A stretch of 64,000 bases of DNA from positions 2,208,001 through 2,272,000 of the forward strand of contig CM000155.2 in NCBI GenBank assembly GCA_000004695.1, read 5' to 3'. A program made the position numbers and the translations under genes. This document shows, piece by piece, positions 1 to 12,068 of this stretch; within the stretch, counting starts at the first letter, position 1, and each line of letters opens with the position of its first letter. Source of the DNA: Dictyostelium discoideum. Its lineage: Eukaryota. The notes beneath the pieces are model-generated. The model worked only from the letters and a program-made list of their open reading frames with translations. It did not search any database and had not been told where the DNA came from.

Positions 1-2
1 CG

Positions 3-464
3 TGTTCAGATAAAGAATTTGGTAATACTGTTATTGATAATTCAAATTACATTAAATTAAAAGTTGATAAAAATAGTTTCTACGGTAGATACATTAAAAG
101 AGGTATAATTGATGATAGAGTAGTATCAATAACAAATGAAGTTTTAGATTCAAATTTTAATATAAAAGATAATGAAAATAGTGTACAATCATTCATTGGT
201 ATTTCAATTGGTAATTTTAAAAAATCAGTCATTATCGATCCAGATTTCTCAATATTATTAGAACAAAATTCAGCAACTTCAATTTGTAAACAACAATCAT
301 CAAATAAAAGTTTAACAAAATCTCAATTAATTGGCATTATCATTGGTTCAGTTGCAATGTTTATTGTAATTTTAATAATAATTGGAAAATTAATTTATTC
401 ATCTTCAAAATGTTTACCAATTAAAATTTTAGTTTATAAAATATTTAGAAATAAAAAACATTAA
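3..464 (+). CDS. C-terminal fragment of a type I membrane protein; the 5' part of the gene lies outside the window
   Basis: The reading frame is stop-free from the first in-frame codon at position 3 to a TAA at 462-464. It encodes about 153 aa, including one hydrophobic transmembrane helix (LIGIIIGSVAMFIVILIIIGKLIY) followed by a short basic tail. Composition is coding-like and unlike the flanking poly-A/T. The ORF track does not list it because no start codon lies inside the window. Confidence 0.45.
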   Translation, partial: CSDKEFGNTVIDNSNYIKLKVDKNSFYGRYIKRGIIDDRVVSITNEVLDSNFNIKDNENSVQSFIGISIGNFKKSVIIDPDFSILLEQNSATSICKQQSSNKSLTKSQLIGIIIGSVAMFIVILIIIGKLIYSSSKCLPIKILVYKIFRNKKH

Positions 465-836
465 TAATTTACGGAAAAAAAAAAAAAAAATTTATTATAA
501 ATTAAAATTCCTTATTTTTTAATTAACTATTAATTAAAAAATCATCCAAGTTTGCACACTTTTTAGAAATTTAAAAATTATTACTATATAATAATATCCT
601 ATATTAAAAAAAGTGATTACAATAATCAATTCTTAAAATATTAAAAAATAAGAAATTGCCTAATTTATAATATTTATTTTTTAATTTATTATTTTTTAAT
701 TTTTTTTATTTTTTTATTTTTTTTTATTAATTCATTGATTGGTATTTTTTTTTTATTTTTTTTTTTTTTATTTATTTATTTATTTATTTTTATTTTTAAA
801 TTAAATAATAAATAAAATAATAATAATAATAATATT

Positions 837-1856
837 TTAACGTTTGACCAATGGGAATCTCTTTCTTGCTTTGAGTAAACCTGGTTTCTTTCTTTCAACT
901 TTACGAATATCATTCTTGAGAAGACCAGCGATTTTAAGTGCTGGTCTATAACCGAGATCATAATTTACTAAAGAGAAACCTAGTGCACGACGAGCAGCTT
1001 CAGATTGACCTTTGAGACCACCACCGAAAGCTCTAATTGAGACATCCCATTTTGTGAGAGTTTCAGTGATAACCAATGGTTGAACTACATTATCTCTGTA
1101 GGAAATCGATGGGAAATAATCTAAAAGGGTACGACCATTTATGAGTATTGAACCATTACCAGGTTGAATTGAAACAACTGCACGACTTCTCTTTCTCTTG
1201 GAGTAACCGGACGAAGCGCCATCGATAACCGAAGTCTTTTGAATTTTTGGACGAACTGGTCTGAATGGAGAGAAACGAGTATTGTCAGAGAATGGTAACT
1301 CTTCTTGCTCTCTATTAGAGTTTGGACGTATGCTATTCAAGTAACTATCTGCAAAATCGTCTGGAAGGAGTTGTTTTTCATAATGTTCATCAAATTCTGG
1401 TCTTGGTACTGAAACTCTAACTCTGAAATTATCTGCTGGATCTTGTTTATTTGGAGTTGTTTCATCTCTAAATTTCTTAAAATAATCTTGTCTAGATTTT
1501 GAACCATCATAATAATCTTCAAGTAATTTACCTCTATTTGTATCACTTGTTGCTAATCCAATTTTACTATCCTCTTCTATTTGTTTTTCATTTTCAATGT
1601 TTTGTTTTGTTGAATAATATCTTTTATTATTATTATTCATGTTATTATATATATTGGTGTTGGTGGTGGTATTGGTTTTCTTTGTACATTTACAATTGCA
1701 TACACAATTTGTGCATTTACAATTATTTATTTTTTTATTATTGTTATTTTTATATATTGATAATTTTGAGAATTCTTTTAATAATCCATTGCTTATTGAT
1801 GAGGTATTCTTTGATGCAACACTATTGATAGTGTTGTTCAATACCAATTTTAACAT
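837..1856 (-). CDS. mrps9: mitochondrial ribosomal protein S9 (uS9 family)
   Basis: 339-aa ORF. The C-terminal 120 aa carry the uS9 signature: GGGLKGQSEAARRALGFSL, then ...ERKKPGLLKARKRFPLVKR ending in KR. The long Asn-rich N-terminal extension is typical of an organellar-targeted Dictyostelium protein. Confidence 0.85.
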   Translation of the reverse strand: MLKLVLNNTINSVASKNTSSISNGLLKEFSKLSIYKNNNNKKINNCKCTNCVCNCKCTKKTNTTTNTNIYNNMNNNNKRYYSTKQNIENEKQIEEDSKIGLATSDTNRGKLLEDYYDGSKSRQDYFKKFRDETTPNKQDPADNFRVRVSVPRPEFDEHYEKQLLPDDFADSYLNSIRPNSNREQEELPFSDNTRFSPFRPVRPKIQKTSVIDGASSGYSKRKRSRAVVSIQPGNGSILINGRTLLDYFPSISYRDNVVQPLVITETLTKWDVSIRAFGGGLKGQSEAARRALGFSLVNYDLGYRPALKIAGLLKNDIRKVERKKPGLLKARKRFPLVKR

Positions 1857-2263
1857 TTTTGATTTATATATTAATATATATGAAATATATATAAAATAAT
1901 AATATTATAATAAATAATTGAAATTTATTTTAATATTATTAATAATATTTAATATATAATATCTATAAATGTGAAAATATTAAATGTTAATTTATTATGA
2001 TACTGATCAAAATTGAAAACGAAAAAAAAAAAAACTTGAAAAAAAAAAAAAAAAAAAAAATGAAAAAAAAAAATTGAATTTTTTTTTTTATTTTTTTTAT
2101 TTATTTTTATTTTTATTTTTATTTTTTTTTTTTTTGATCATTTGTTTTACAAAAAATGAAAATAACAAAATAAAAAATAAAACAGTGGAACTGAATAAAA
2201 AAATTAAATAAAATATGTGATAATAGATAAAAAATTGATTATTTTTTTTTTTTTAGTAAATTA

Positions 2264-2298
<35 letters not shown>

Positions 2299-2346
2299 GA
2301 GATTATAATCGGGTGGCAATTAATAAACGAGTTGTTCAATCTGGGA

Positions 2347-2382
<36 letters not shown>

Positions 2383-2533
2383 AAAAAAAAATAAATTAAT
2401 TTTAAAATAAAATTAATAGTTTTATCCTAAAAAATAAAAAAAAAAAATTTTAATTTTTTAAGTGTTTAAAAAAACCCACCCCCTTATTGCCATAAATGTT
2501 TTTGGGAAAAAAAACCAAATTTTTATTTTTTAT

Positions 2534-2587
<54 letters not shown>

Positions 2588-3020
2588 TCAGGCATTTATT
2601 AAACTATTTTTTTAATTTTTGTTTTTTTTTTCATTTGAATTAATAAAATTACCAATTATATTTTTAAAATTTTTTTTTTTTCAAAAATAATAAAAATAAT
2701 AAAAATAATAAAAATAATAAAATTAATAAAATTTTATAAATTTTTTTTTTAAAAAATAAAATTAATAATTTAATTCATAATAATTATAAGTGGTGGTCAT
2801 AATATAATATTTATGATCAATATTAAAAAATAACACAATAGTATCAATAAAAGCAATATTAAAAAATAGTTTTATTAAACTACCAATAATCGTAAAGGTT
2901 AAAGTAAGGAAAGGTAATAATAATTAGGTAGAAGCTGAGAGAATAAAAAAAAAAAAAAAAAATAATAATAATAATAATAATACAAATAAAAAAACAAAGA
3001 AAGAGAAAAAAAAAAAAAAG

Positions 3021-3242
3021 ATGGGGAGGTCACCAGAAAAAGATCCATTACTTGGAGAGTCAAAAGATCCATATAGTTTTATGTATCCAGGACAGGGTCA
3101 TTCATCAACATTAGATATAAGTGGAATGGTTGATGAATTTGAAAGTAATAGCGATAATAGTTACTATTCTTCTTATAACGGATTAAATGGTGGTGGTGGT
3201 GTTAATGGTAGTAATACCAGTAATCAAAGTCAACATAATCAA

Positions 3243-3333
<91 letters not shown>

Positions 3334-5648
3334 GTCCAATGATTTTTAGTCCACATAAAGGTAATAGTGGTAGTATAGGTAATGGAAGTGATGATAATAA
3401 TAGCAATAATAATAATAATAATAGTAGCAATAATAAAAAGAATAAAAATCAAAATAGTTTAGAGAATAGTCCAATACAAAGTGTTGGTAGCATTGGTAGT
3501 GGTAATAGTGATATATTGATTGGTACAACAAATGAAAAGATGGATTTATCAGGTACACCATTAACAAAGATTAAAAAAGTTGGTGGATCAGGTGAACATA
3601 AGATTGGTCAATTATTTTCAACAGCAATATGTGGTAATGATATCACTTCAAGTATATTCTATACTGCGAGTAGTTGCACATTAAGTGCGGGTAAATATGC
3701 GCCTATCTCACTTTTGATAGTTTGTATAGTTTTATATTTATTTAGAAAGGTGTATGGTGAAGTTGGATGTGCATTACCACTAAATGGAGGTGCGTATAAT
3801 GTTTTATTAAACACAACAAGTAAGCAAATCGCATCGGTGGCAGCAGCATTGACGATGATAAGTTATGTCGCTACGGCAGTGGTTAGCGCGTCAACAGCAA
3901 TGAATTATTTACAAAACCTGTGGCAGGAATTGGATGTGTTTTGGGCGACTATTGGGCTATTGGGATTTTTCGCATTGCTGTCATTGATTGGCATAACCGA
4001 GAGTGCAGTGGTTGCATTCATTATATTCTCAATTCATATGGTGACATTGTTGATATTGGTATTTGGCGGATTTGGTATTTTTTTTTATAAACATGATTGG
4101 AGTGTATTGGTTGGCAATTGGAATGACGTTAATCCACCCGACCCCGATGGGACACTACAATGTGAACAGCAATTTTATTGGGGACAGAATTTCGCATATT
4201 GTATCTACTTTGGGTTTGGCTCAGCAATGTTGGGTGTGACAGGATTTGAAACGTCATCAAACTTTATCGAACAGCAAGACAAAGGAGTGTTTCCAAAAAC
4301 TTTGAGAAACATGTGGGCAATTGTAACGTTTTTCAATCCATTAATTAGCGTGTTAAGTCTTTGTTTCCTCGATACATGCACCATAGTCAATGCAAAGGGG
4401 TACGTATTGGCAACGGTTGCAAACGAGATATTTGGCCAATGGTTTCATATTTGGATTATAGTGGATGCAGTTTTAGTTTTGTCAGGTTCGGTTTTAACGA
4501 GTTATGTCGGCTTTGTGGGATTGGTTAGAAGAATGAGTTTGGATCGTTGTTTACCCCAATTCTTAATCGATATCAATTCATGTAGGAAAACCACTCATTG
4601 GATTATAGTATTATTCTTTTTAATTTGTTCATCACTTTATGCGATTGTTCAAGGCGCTCTATCAACATTGGAGGGTGTTTACGCGGTAAGTTTCTTGGGG
4701 GTAATGCTATTGTTTGCAGTGGGTAACATGCTATTGAAATACAAGAGATCATCATTGAAGAGAGAAATTAAAGCACCCTGGTTAGGAGTTTTCTTTGCTT
4801 CCGCGTCGGTTATATTGGGACTAATTGCAAATATCTATAAGGATCATTACATTGTTTTCTACTTTGGTATTTATTTCATGGTCACAATTTTCATTATCAT
4901 GGTAATGTTTACACGTGCCCGTTTGTTAAAGATGGTTTTATTCTTTAGTCAAATTGTAATTTGGTGGTCAGCTCCATTACGTGCAAAGGCTGCAAAATCA
5001 ATAGGTAATCAAATTAAAAATATTAATTCACAACCAATAGTTTTCTTTGCTTCAAAAGATGATACTGCTTATTTAAATAAAGCGATTCTTTATATTCGTG
5101 ATAATGAACAAACTAATTGGGTTAAAATTATACATTGTTATGATGGTCAAGATGAAGAAAATATTAATGGTAATCATCAAAATAATCATCAAAATGTTCA
5201 ATCACCACCAAATGAATCATCATCATTATTACAACAACAACAACCACAACAGCAAATAATAGAACAATCAAATAATGAAATTAAGCAAAATGGTATTGAA
5301 CATAATGATCATCATAACCAAGATGGTCATCATCATAATCATCATCATCACCATAACCACCACAATCACCACCACCATCATCATCATCATCATCATAATA
5401 TAGTACGTGAAACACATGATGATGTTGATGACTCATTCTCTCAACATGTTCAATTTTTAGATGGTTGTTATCCAAAGATTAGAATTGATTATATTAGAGT
5501 TTTTGCAAACTTTTCACCCTCAACAGTTGAAAAATTATCAATTTTATTAAAGGTACCCAAAAATTTCATGTTTATTGCGTGTCTAAAAGAAAATACAATT
5601 TTAAATATTGGTGATTTGGGTGGAGTTAGAATGATTACATCTTTTTAA
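3021..5648 (+). CDS. APC-superfamily (amino acid/polyamine/organocation) transporter-like multi-pass membrane protein with an N33 tract and a His-rich C-terminus
   Basis: Single 875-aa ORF. After an Asn-rich N-terminus with 33 consecutive Asn, there are about 12 hydrophobic helices. The first two resemble the APC motifs (…GNDITSSIFY… and …EVGCALPLNGGAYNVLLN…). The C-terminal tail contains HHHNHHHHHNHHNHHHHHHHHHH. Confidence 0.75.
3239..3340 (+). repeat. (AAT)34 trinucleotide repeat encoding an uninterrupted N33-N34 tract inside the APC-transporter CDS
   Basis: Direct reading; perfect repeat without interruption. Confidence 0.95.
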
Positions 5649-6234
5649 AAATATAAATAAAAATAAAAATAAAAATAAAAATAAATAATGAAAATATGAG
5701 ATATTTTTATTATTTTTTTTATTTTATAAAATGGGAAAAAGAGTACCATAAGTTTCTCTATCCCTATTTTTTTTTAATAAAATAATAAATTAATTATTTA
5801 TTTATATTATATATTTATTAATTAATGCCTATTTTTTTTTTTTTTTTTTTTTAAATAATTTTATCTTGAATAAAAAAAATTAAAAATAATAAAAATAATA
5901 AAAATCTTTATTTATTTGATCTTTATTATTATTTTTAATGTTACTTGTTTCGAAAAAAAAAAAAAAAAAAAAAAAAAAATCAAAACAAACTTTAAAACAC
6001 AATAAAATTTATTTTGTATGTGAGTCATAATTGAATTTTATTTTATGCAAAGATTAGGTGTAAATAAAAAAAATGAAAAAAAATAAAAAAAAAAAAAAAG
6101 TTTTTTTTTTTTATATTTAATTTAATTTTGGTTTGTGAAACCTCCAAATTTAATTTAATTTTTCAAAAAAAAAAAAAAAAAAAAATATTACATAATAAAA
6201 ATATATAAATATATTTATATACATATATAAAAGA

Positions 6235-6480
6235 ATGAGTCAAAAAGTTCAATTACATGTTTATGATCTATCAAGAGGTATGGCAAAAACGTTCTCATTA
6301 CCTTTATTAGGTCGACGAATAGATGCAATTTATCATACATCAATAGTTGTTTATGGAACAGAATGGTATTTTGGTGGTGGTATTTTAAGAGATATACCTG
6401 TAAGTACACTTTCAAAATTTTATTTTATTTTATTTTATTTTATTTTATACAACGTGTATTCTAATTCGGTGTTGTTGTTT

Positions 6481-6515
<35 letters not shown>

Positions 6516-7853
6516 GTTTTTTTTTTTTAATAGTTTCAAACTCCACATGGTCAACCATTTGAAATTTTAGAATTAGGTGAAACTGAAATACCAAAAGAAT
6601 TATTTGAAGAATTTTTAAGTGGACAAACAGATAGATTTAGAATGGATAAATATCATTTACTTGAGAATAATTGTAATCATTTCACAAATGAATGTAGTAA
6701 TTTCTTATTAGGTGTCGGCATACCATCACATATTGTAGACTTACCAAATGAAGTTATGAGCACACCATTTGGTGCAATGTTACAACCAATGATTAATAAC
6801 TTTTTTAGTCAACAAGGTTGGGGTAATACAATGGGTCCTGTAAATCAACAACAACAACAACAATTACCAACTACAGCTACAACTACAAATACTACTACCA
6901 CTACAACTACAAATACTACAACTACAATAATTAATAATAATAATAAAGTTGAAAATCATCCAAAATCTAATATAACACATAGACATTATAAAAATTCAAA
7001 TAAGATACAATTAATATTAAATAGTAAATCAGTGTTATTTGAAAAGAGTGATGTTGAAGCAGTGTTTAATAAATTAAAAGAATTTGCTAATAAAGAATTT
7101 AAAGGTAAAGAAAATGAGCAATTATTAATTACCCAATATGAAAAAGAATCTAATCAATTGAAACAAATTATGAAATCGGTCGATGTGGATACACCAATTT
7201 CAATTGAAACATTGAAATATTTCGATGGCTTATTATCGACATTCTCTGACGACCACCAATTCCCATTATTAGAAATATTAAGAATGCTATTATTAAAGAA
7301 TCAAAGTAACCAATACTACACAAATCAAAGTAACCCAATTATTTCTAATATTCTATTAAAAATTCAATCTAAAAAATTATCAAAACCATCAGAATTATTA
7401 AGTTTTAGAGTTATAAATAATTGTTTTTTTTCAAAATCTGGTATAAATTATTTATTTAATGGTAATGGTAATGATAATAATAATGATAATTTAAATATTG
7501 TTATTGAATCTACTATTGATGCATTACATAGTATGGATAAAATTTTAAAGAGAGCAGTTAGTACATTGGCTTATAATTTATCAATTCATTTATCTATTGA
7601 TAATTCAAATCATCAAGAACAAGCAATTTCATTATTAGGTGCAATTGAACATATTTTATCGGAATCTGATTTTTCAAATGAAGACCCTGAAATATCATTT
7701 AGATTATTAATGGCATTAGGTACATTAATATATTGTAATGATGATCTTGTTGAAATTTTAAAAACTTTAGATTTTGATTTTAATAAATATTTAAATTCAA
7801 AAGAATTAAAAATTTCACAATTAATTAAAGAAATTCAATCATTATTAATTTAA
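6235..7853 (+). CDS. PPPDE/DeSI-type (DUF862) thiol peptidase domain protein with a Leu-rich C-terminal extension; join(6235..6399,6534..7853)
   Basis: Exon 1 encodes MSQKVQLHVYDLSRG…IYHTSIVVYGTEWYFGGGI…DIP, the His-containing half of the PPPDE domain. The intron has GTAAGT at 6400 and (T)n…AATAG ending at 6533. Exon 2 continues in frame with …PHGQPFEILELGETE…LENNCNHFTNECSNFLLG, the catalytic Cys-containing half. Both exon boundaries are phase 0 and the frame matches the downstream ORF. Confidence 0.8.
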
Positions 7854-8173
7854 TTTATATAAAAAAAAAAAAAAATAAAATAAAATAAAAAAAAAAAAGA
7901 TTTTTTTAGATTTCTAAAAATAAAAAATTATGGAGTGGATATCTATACTCACAAAGAAAATTTTTATTTTTTTTTTTTTCATATTTTTTTTTTCAAAGAA
8001 CTATTTTTTTTTTTTTTTTTTTTTTTTTTTTGGTTTAAAGATTGAAAATAAAAAAGAAAAAAATAATATAAAAATGTAATTTTCTTTTTTTTTTTTTTTT
8101 GTTTTTTTTTTAAATATAATAGTATACTATACTTATATGTTAATATAAAAAAAAAAAAAAAAAAAATTTAGAA

Positions 8174-9210
8174 ATGATTCAAAATAAATCAACCCCACTA
8201 ACTGAATTTAAATTTACAAATAATAATTTCGAATCGACATCTTTAGAAGTAGAACCTATAAATGGAATTGAAAATGGTTTACTAATTAAGAATCTATTAT
8301 CTCATGAAGAATGTAGTTTAATACAAAACTCAATTTTTAACAGTTTGGACAATAACGAATTTGTCAAACATGTAAGTGTAGTTTGTAGTTAATAATTAGT
8401 AGTTACATTTAATAATATATTAATAAAATAAAATTAAAATTTATTTTTATTTTCTTTATTTTTTATTTTTATTTTTATATTTTTAACACAAACACAAACA
8501 TACATTCACTACTATATATATAATAGGGGTTGAGAATTCATAAAAATTCTGAAGATTTTGCAAATATTATTTATGGTAGAATTGAAAATTGTTGTGTCAA
8601 AAAATTAAAAAGAAAAAACCCTTCAAATTCAAATGAACAATTGGAGTGGAATATTGACTCTGGTATGTTTTATTTTCTTTCCCTAATTTATAATTATTAT
8701 TATTATTATTATAATTATAATTATTATTATTATTATTATAATTATAATTATTATAATTATTATTATTATAATTATTGTAATTATTATAATTATTGTAATT
8801 ATTATTATAATTTTTTTTTTATATGCTTTTTAATATTAATTATTAATAATTCTATTTTTCTAAAAAAAAAAAAAAAAAAATTTATAGTTTCACCAAAATT
8901 TAGATTTATTAGATATAATGAAGGGGAATTGTTTCCAAACCATACCGATGGTGAGGTGAAAAATGAAAATAAAATGTCATTTTTTTCAATTTTAATATTT
9001 ACAAATGATTGTGGTGTTGACTTTAAAGGAGGTGAATTTAGATTCTTTAAAAAAGATAATAACTTACAATTAGAGGAAATTACAAGAGTTGAACCCAAAC
9101 GAGGAATGGCATTGATATTTGATCACACAATTATTCATGACTCTAATATAATTACATTTGGCCAAAAACAAACTATCAGATCAGATTTAATATATAGATT
9201 ATCTAATTAA
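8174..9210 (+). CDS. 2OG-Fe(II) oxygenase superfamily protein; join(8174..8371,8527..8662,8888..9210)
   Basis: Three exons. Exon 1 ends …EFVKH before a GTAAGT donor. Exon 2 runs from AATAG| to a G|GTATGT donor in phase 1. Exon 3 follows TTTATAG| and gives VSPKFRFIRYNEGELFPNHTDGEV… KRGMALIFDHTIIHDS…TIRSDLIYR. This is the H-x-D…H iron triad plus the R-x-S 2-oxoglutarate site. Intron 2 (8663-8887) is an in-frame, stop-free (TAT)n tract, so the six-frame track fuses it as poly-Tyr. Confidence 0.7.
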
Positions 9211-9483
9211 ATTATCTTAAGATTTTATAATAGTAATAAATTTCGATTATGTTGAAATAGTTTAAACTATAAGCCTGTTTTGTCTAAAAAAAAAAAAAAA
9301 TAATATGAGAATGTAAATTTATATATATACTTTATATATTTGTTTATATATATATATATATTACACATAATCATACATACATATAATATAATATAATATA
9401 TGATATAAAATATATATATAATATAAAATATATATATAATATATAATATATTAATATAATATATATTAAAAAAAAAGAAAAAA

Positions 9484-9726
9484 AAAATTTTAGTGATTAT
9501 CCCAAATAAATTAACCCACCAACTGAATTTAAATTACAAATAATAATTTTGAATCGACTCTAAAAGTAGAACCTATAAATGGAATTGAAAATGGTTTACT
9601 AATTAAAAATCTATTATCAAATAAAGAATGTTGTTTTAATAAAAAATCAATTTTTAACAGTTTGGACAATAACGAATTTGTCAAAAAAGTAAGTGTTGTT
9701 TGTGGTTATATAATATATTAACATAA

Positions 9727-9784
<58 letters not shown>

Positions 9785-10480
9785 CGCATATCTTACACAC
9801 ACTATATATAATAGGGGTTTTAATAAATATTCTGATGAATTTGTAAATATTATTTATGGTAGAATTGAAAATTATTGTGTCAAAACGTTAAAAAGAAAAA
9901 AACCCTTCAAATTCAAATGAACAATTGGAGTGGAATAGTGACTCTGGTATGTTAATTTCTTTCCATATTTTAAAATAATAATTATAATAATTTATTTATT
10001 ATTATTTTTTTTTTTTAAAAAATGGTTATATTAATTATTAATAATACTTTTTTTTTATTTTTTTTTAAAAAAAAAAAAAAAAAAAAATTTATGGTTTCAC
10101 CAAAAATTTGAATTTATTTAATACACTGAGGGAGAATTATTTCCAAACCATACCGATGGTGAGGTGAAAAATGAATATAAATATTTTTTTTTCAATTTTA
10201 ATATTTACAAATGATTGTTGTGTTAGCTTTAAGGGAGGTCTCATCTGAGTTAGATTCTTTATAAAAGTTAATAACTTACAACTAGTGAAAATTACAATAG
10301 TAAATCCAGAACCTGGAATGGCATTAATATCACACACTTTTTCATGTATATTTAATAATTACATTTGGCCAAAAACAAACAATCAGATCAGATTATCTAA
10401 ACAAACTATCTCAAGATTTTATAATTATGTTGAACAGTTTTTTTTGGGGGTAAATTAGCCTATTTAGACAAAAAAAAAAA
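9484..10480 (+). pseudogene. decayed tandem duplicate of the 8174..9210 2OG oxygenase gene
   Basis: All three exons, both introns and the 3' UTR of the upstream gene are recognisable in the same order at about 80-90% identity. The ATG is destroyed (gtgattatccc versus gaaatgattc). Exon 1 has several indels. Exon 2 has a frameshifting extra A in aaaaaaaccc. Exon 3 is scrambled after GGEV. Confidence 0.7.
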
Positions 10481-10812
10481 AAAATAAAAAAAAAAAAAAT
10501 AAAAAAAAAAAAATAAAAAAAAAAATAAAATAAAAACATCGCAACAAAAATAAAAAAAATGGATGACCAATATAAATAAAAAGGAGTTAACTTTGGCTCC
10601 CTCTTACAACTTATTTTAACACAGAAAAAAAAAAAAAAATTAAAAAATAAAAAATAAAAATAAAAAACAAAAAAAAAAAAAATTATAATAAAAATTATAA
10701 TAATAATAAAAACAATAAAAATAATAATAATAATAAAAATAAGGTAACTTTTTTTTTTTTTTTTTTTTATTATTTTATTAAAACTACAATAAATTTAAAA
10801 AATTTAAAAAAA

Positions 10813-10991
10813 ATGGAGGAATCATCAAATAAATCATTAGAACACATTGTATTTTTTATGTTGAAACCATTTGAAAATGATGAAATGGAAACAATAAAAA
10901 AAATAATTTATGAAATATCATTAATTAATGGTGTCGTATATTGTTTTTTCGAAAAGAATTTAAGTGAAAGAAGTAAAGGTAATATATTAAT

Positions 10992-11038
<47 letters not shown>

Positions 11039-11284
11039 TAAAAACTTACTAAAAAAAAAAAAAAAAAAATAATAATAATATTAGGTTATAATTATTTTTT
11101 AAGGATTGGGTTGGAAAGTGAAAATGATCTTTTGGTTTACCAAACACACAACTCACACACCAAATTAAAAAAATTTTTAAAAAATTATGAAATAGATATA
11201 TTAATTTTAGATTTTTACATCCCAAAAATTTACAAACATCATCCTTCCACCCAAAATTCAAAAATCAACAAACTTGTTTTATAA
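10813..11284 (+). CDS. stress-responsive dimeric alpha/beta-barrel (Dabb, PF07876-like) protein, paralog 1; join(10813..10978,11085..11284)
   Basis: Exon 1 encodes MEESSNKSLEHIVFFMLKPFEN…SERSK and ends at a G|GTAAT donor in phase 1. Exon 2 follows TTAG| and gives GYNYFLRIGLESENDLLVYQTHNSHTKLKKFL… That matches the Dabb pattern: LEHIV…LKxK, then G(Y/F)…F.SxEDL..Y..H..H. Total 121 aa. Confidence 0.7.
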
Positions 11285-11415
11285 AATCAATTAAATAAAA
11301 AAAATTATTAACTAATCTCAAAATAGCTAAAATAGGAAAAAAATAGAAAAAATAAAAAAAAGTACTTGAAATTTTATTGATTATTATAAAAATAAAAAAA
11401 TACTTTATTTGTTTA

Positions 11416-11446
<31 letters not shown>

Positions 11447-11565
11447 TTTTATTTTTTTATTTTTTCATTTTCATTTTTTTTTTTTTTTTTTTATTTTATT
11501 TTATTTCATAATCTTGTGGACAACATTCCCCTGTTTTAATAAATAAATAAATTAATAAAATAAAA

Positions 11566-11780
11566 ATGTCAGAACAATCATTAGAACATATTCTCTTTAT
11601 GCAAATAAAAGAAGATACAAGTGATACAGATATTAAAAGACTAACTGATTGTATGGAAGAACTTAAACAATTACCAGGTGTTTTAAACATTTCATTTGGT
11701 AGAAATTTTAGTGATAGAAGTGGTGGTATGTAGATATATTGATAGATAGATAAATATATATAGATATTTATTATCCACAT

Positions 11781-11831
<51 letters not shown>

Positions 11832-12068
11832 TGGTTACACCTCACTGCATTTTCGTATCATTTCAACTGGTTATTCTTACTTTTCATTTTATTTAAAATA
11901 GGTTATAACTGGGGTTATCGTGTATTATTCGAGAAAAAATCAGATCTTGATTTCTATGGACCACACCCAATTCATGAAAAATTAAAGGCAATTCTTAATG
12001 AAGTTAAATCTGGTCCACCACTTGTTTGTGACTATTTGGTTCCAAAATTCCCATTCAACAAATATTAA
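11566..12068 (+). CDS. stress-responsive dimeric alpha/beta-barrel (Dabb) protein, paralog 2; join(11566..11725,11902..12068)
   Basis: Exon 1 encodes MSEQSLEHILFMQIKEDTSDTDIKRLTDCMEELKQLPGVLNISFGRNFSDRSG and ends at a G|GTATGT donor in phase 1. Exon 2 follows AAATAG| and gives GYNWGYRVLFEKKSDLDFYGPHPIHEKLKAILNEVKSGPPLVCDYLVPKFPFNKY. The intron position and phase are identical to paralog 1. Total 108 aa. Confidence 0.75.

Noticed and set aside
2030-2600. Very long poly(A) and poly(T) tracts as candidate regulatory elements or terminators
   Set aside because: Homopolymeric A/T tracts of 20-60 nt occur in virtually every intergenic region and intron of this window. They are a compositional property of the genome and do not mark specific features.
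3183-3567. Three overlapping minus-strand ORFs (poly-Ile, poly-Leu, poly-Tyr/His; 63-89 aa)
   Set aside because: They are alternative-frame translations of the (AAT)n/(ATT)n tract inside the plus-strand transporter CDS. They are pure homopolymer with no independent evidence.
8530-9210. Six-frame track shows a continuous 226-aa ORF with about 70 consecutive Tyr/Asn residues
   Set aside because: The poly-Tyr segment is intron 2 (GTATGT…TTTATAG) of the oxygenase gene, which happens to be in frame and stop-free. The exons are 8527-8662 and 8888-9210.
10137-10337. 66-aa minus-strand ORF
   Set aside because: It lies antisense within exon-3-derived sequence of the oxygenase pseudogene and has no features of a real gene.
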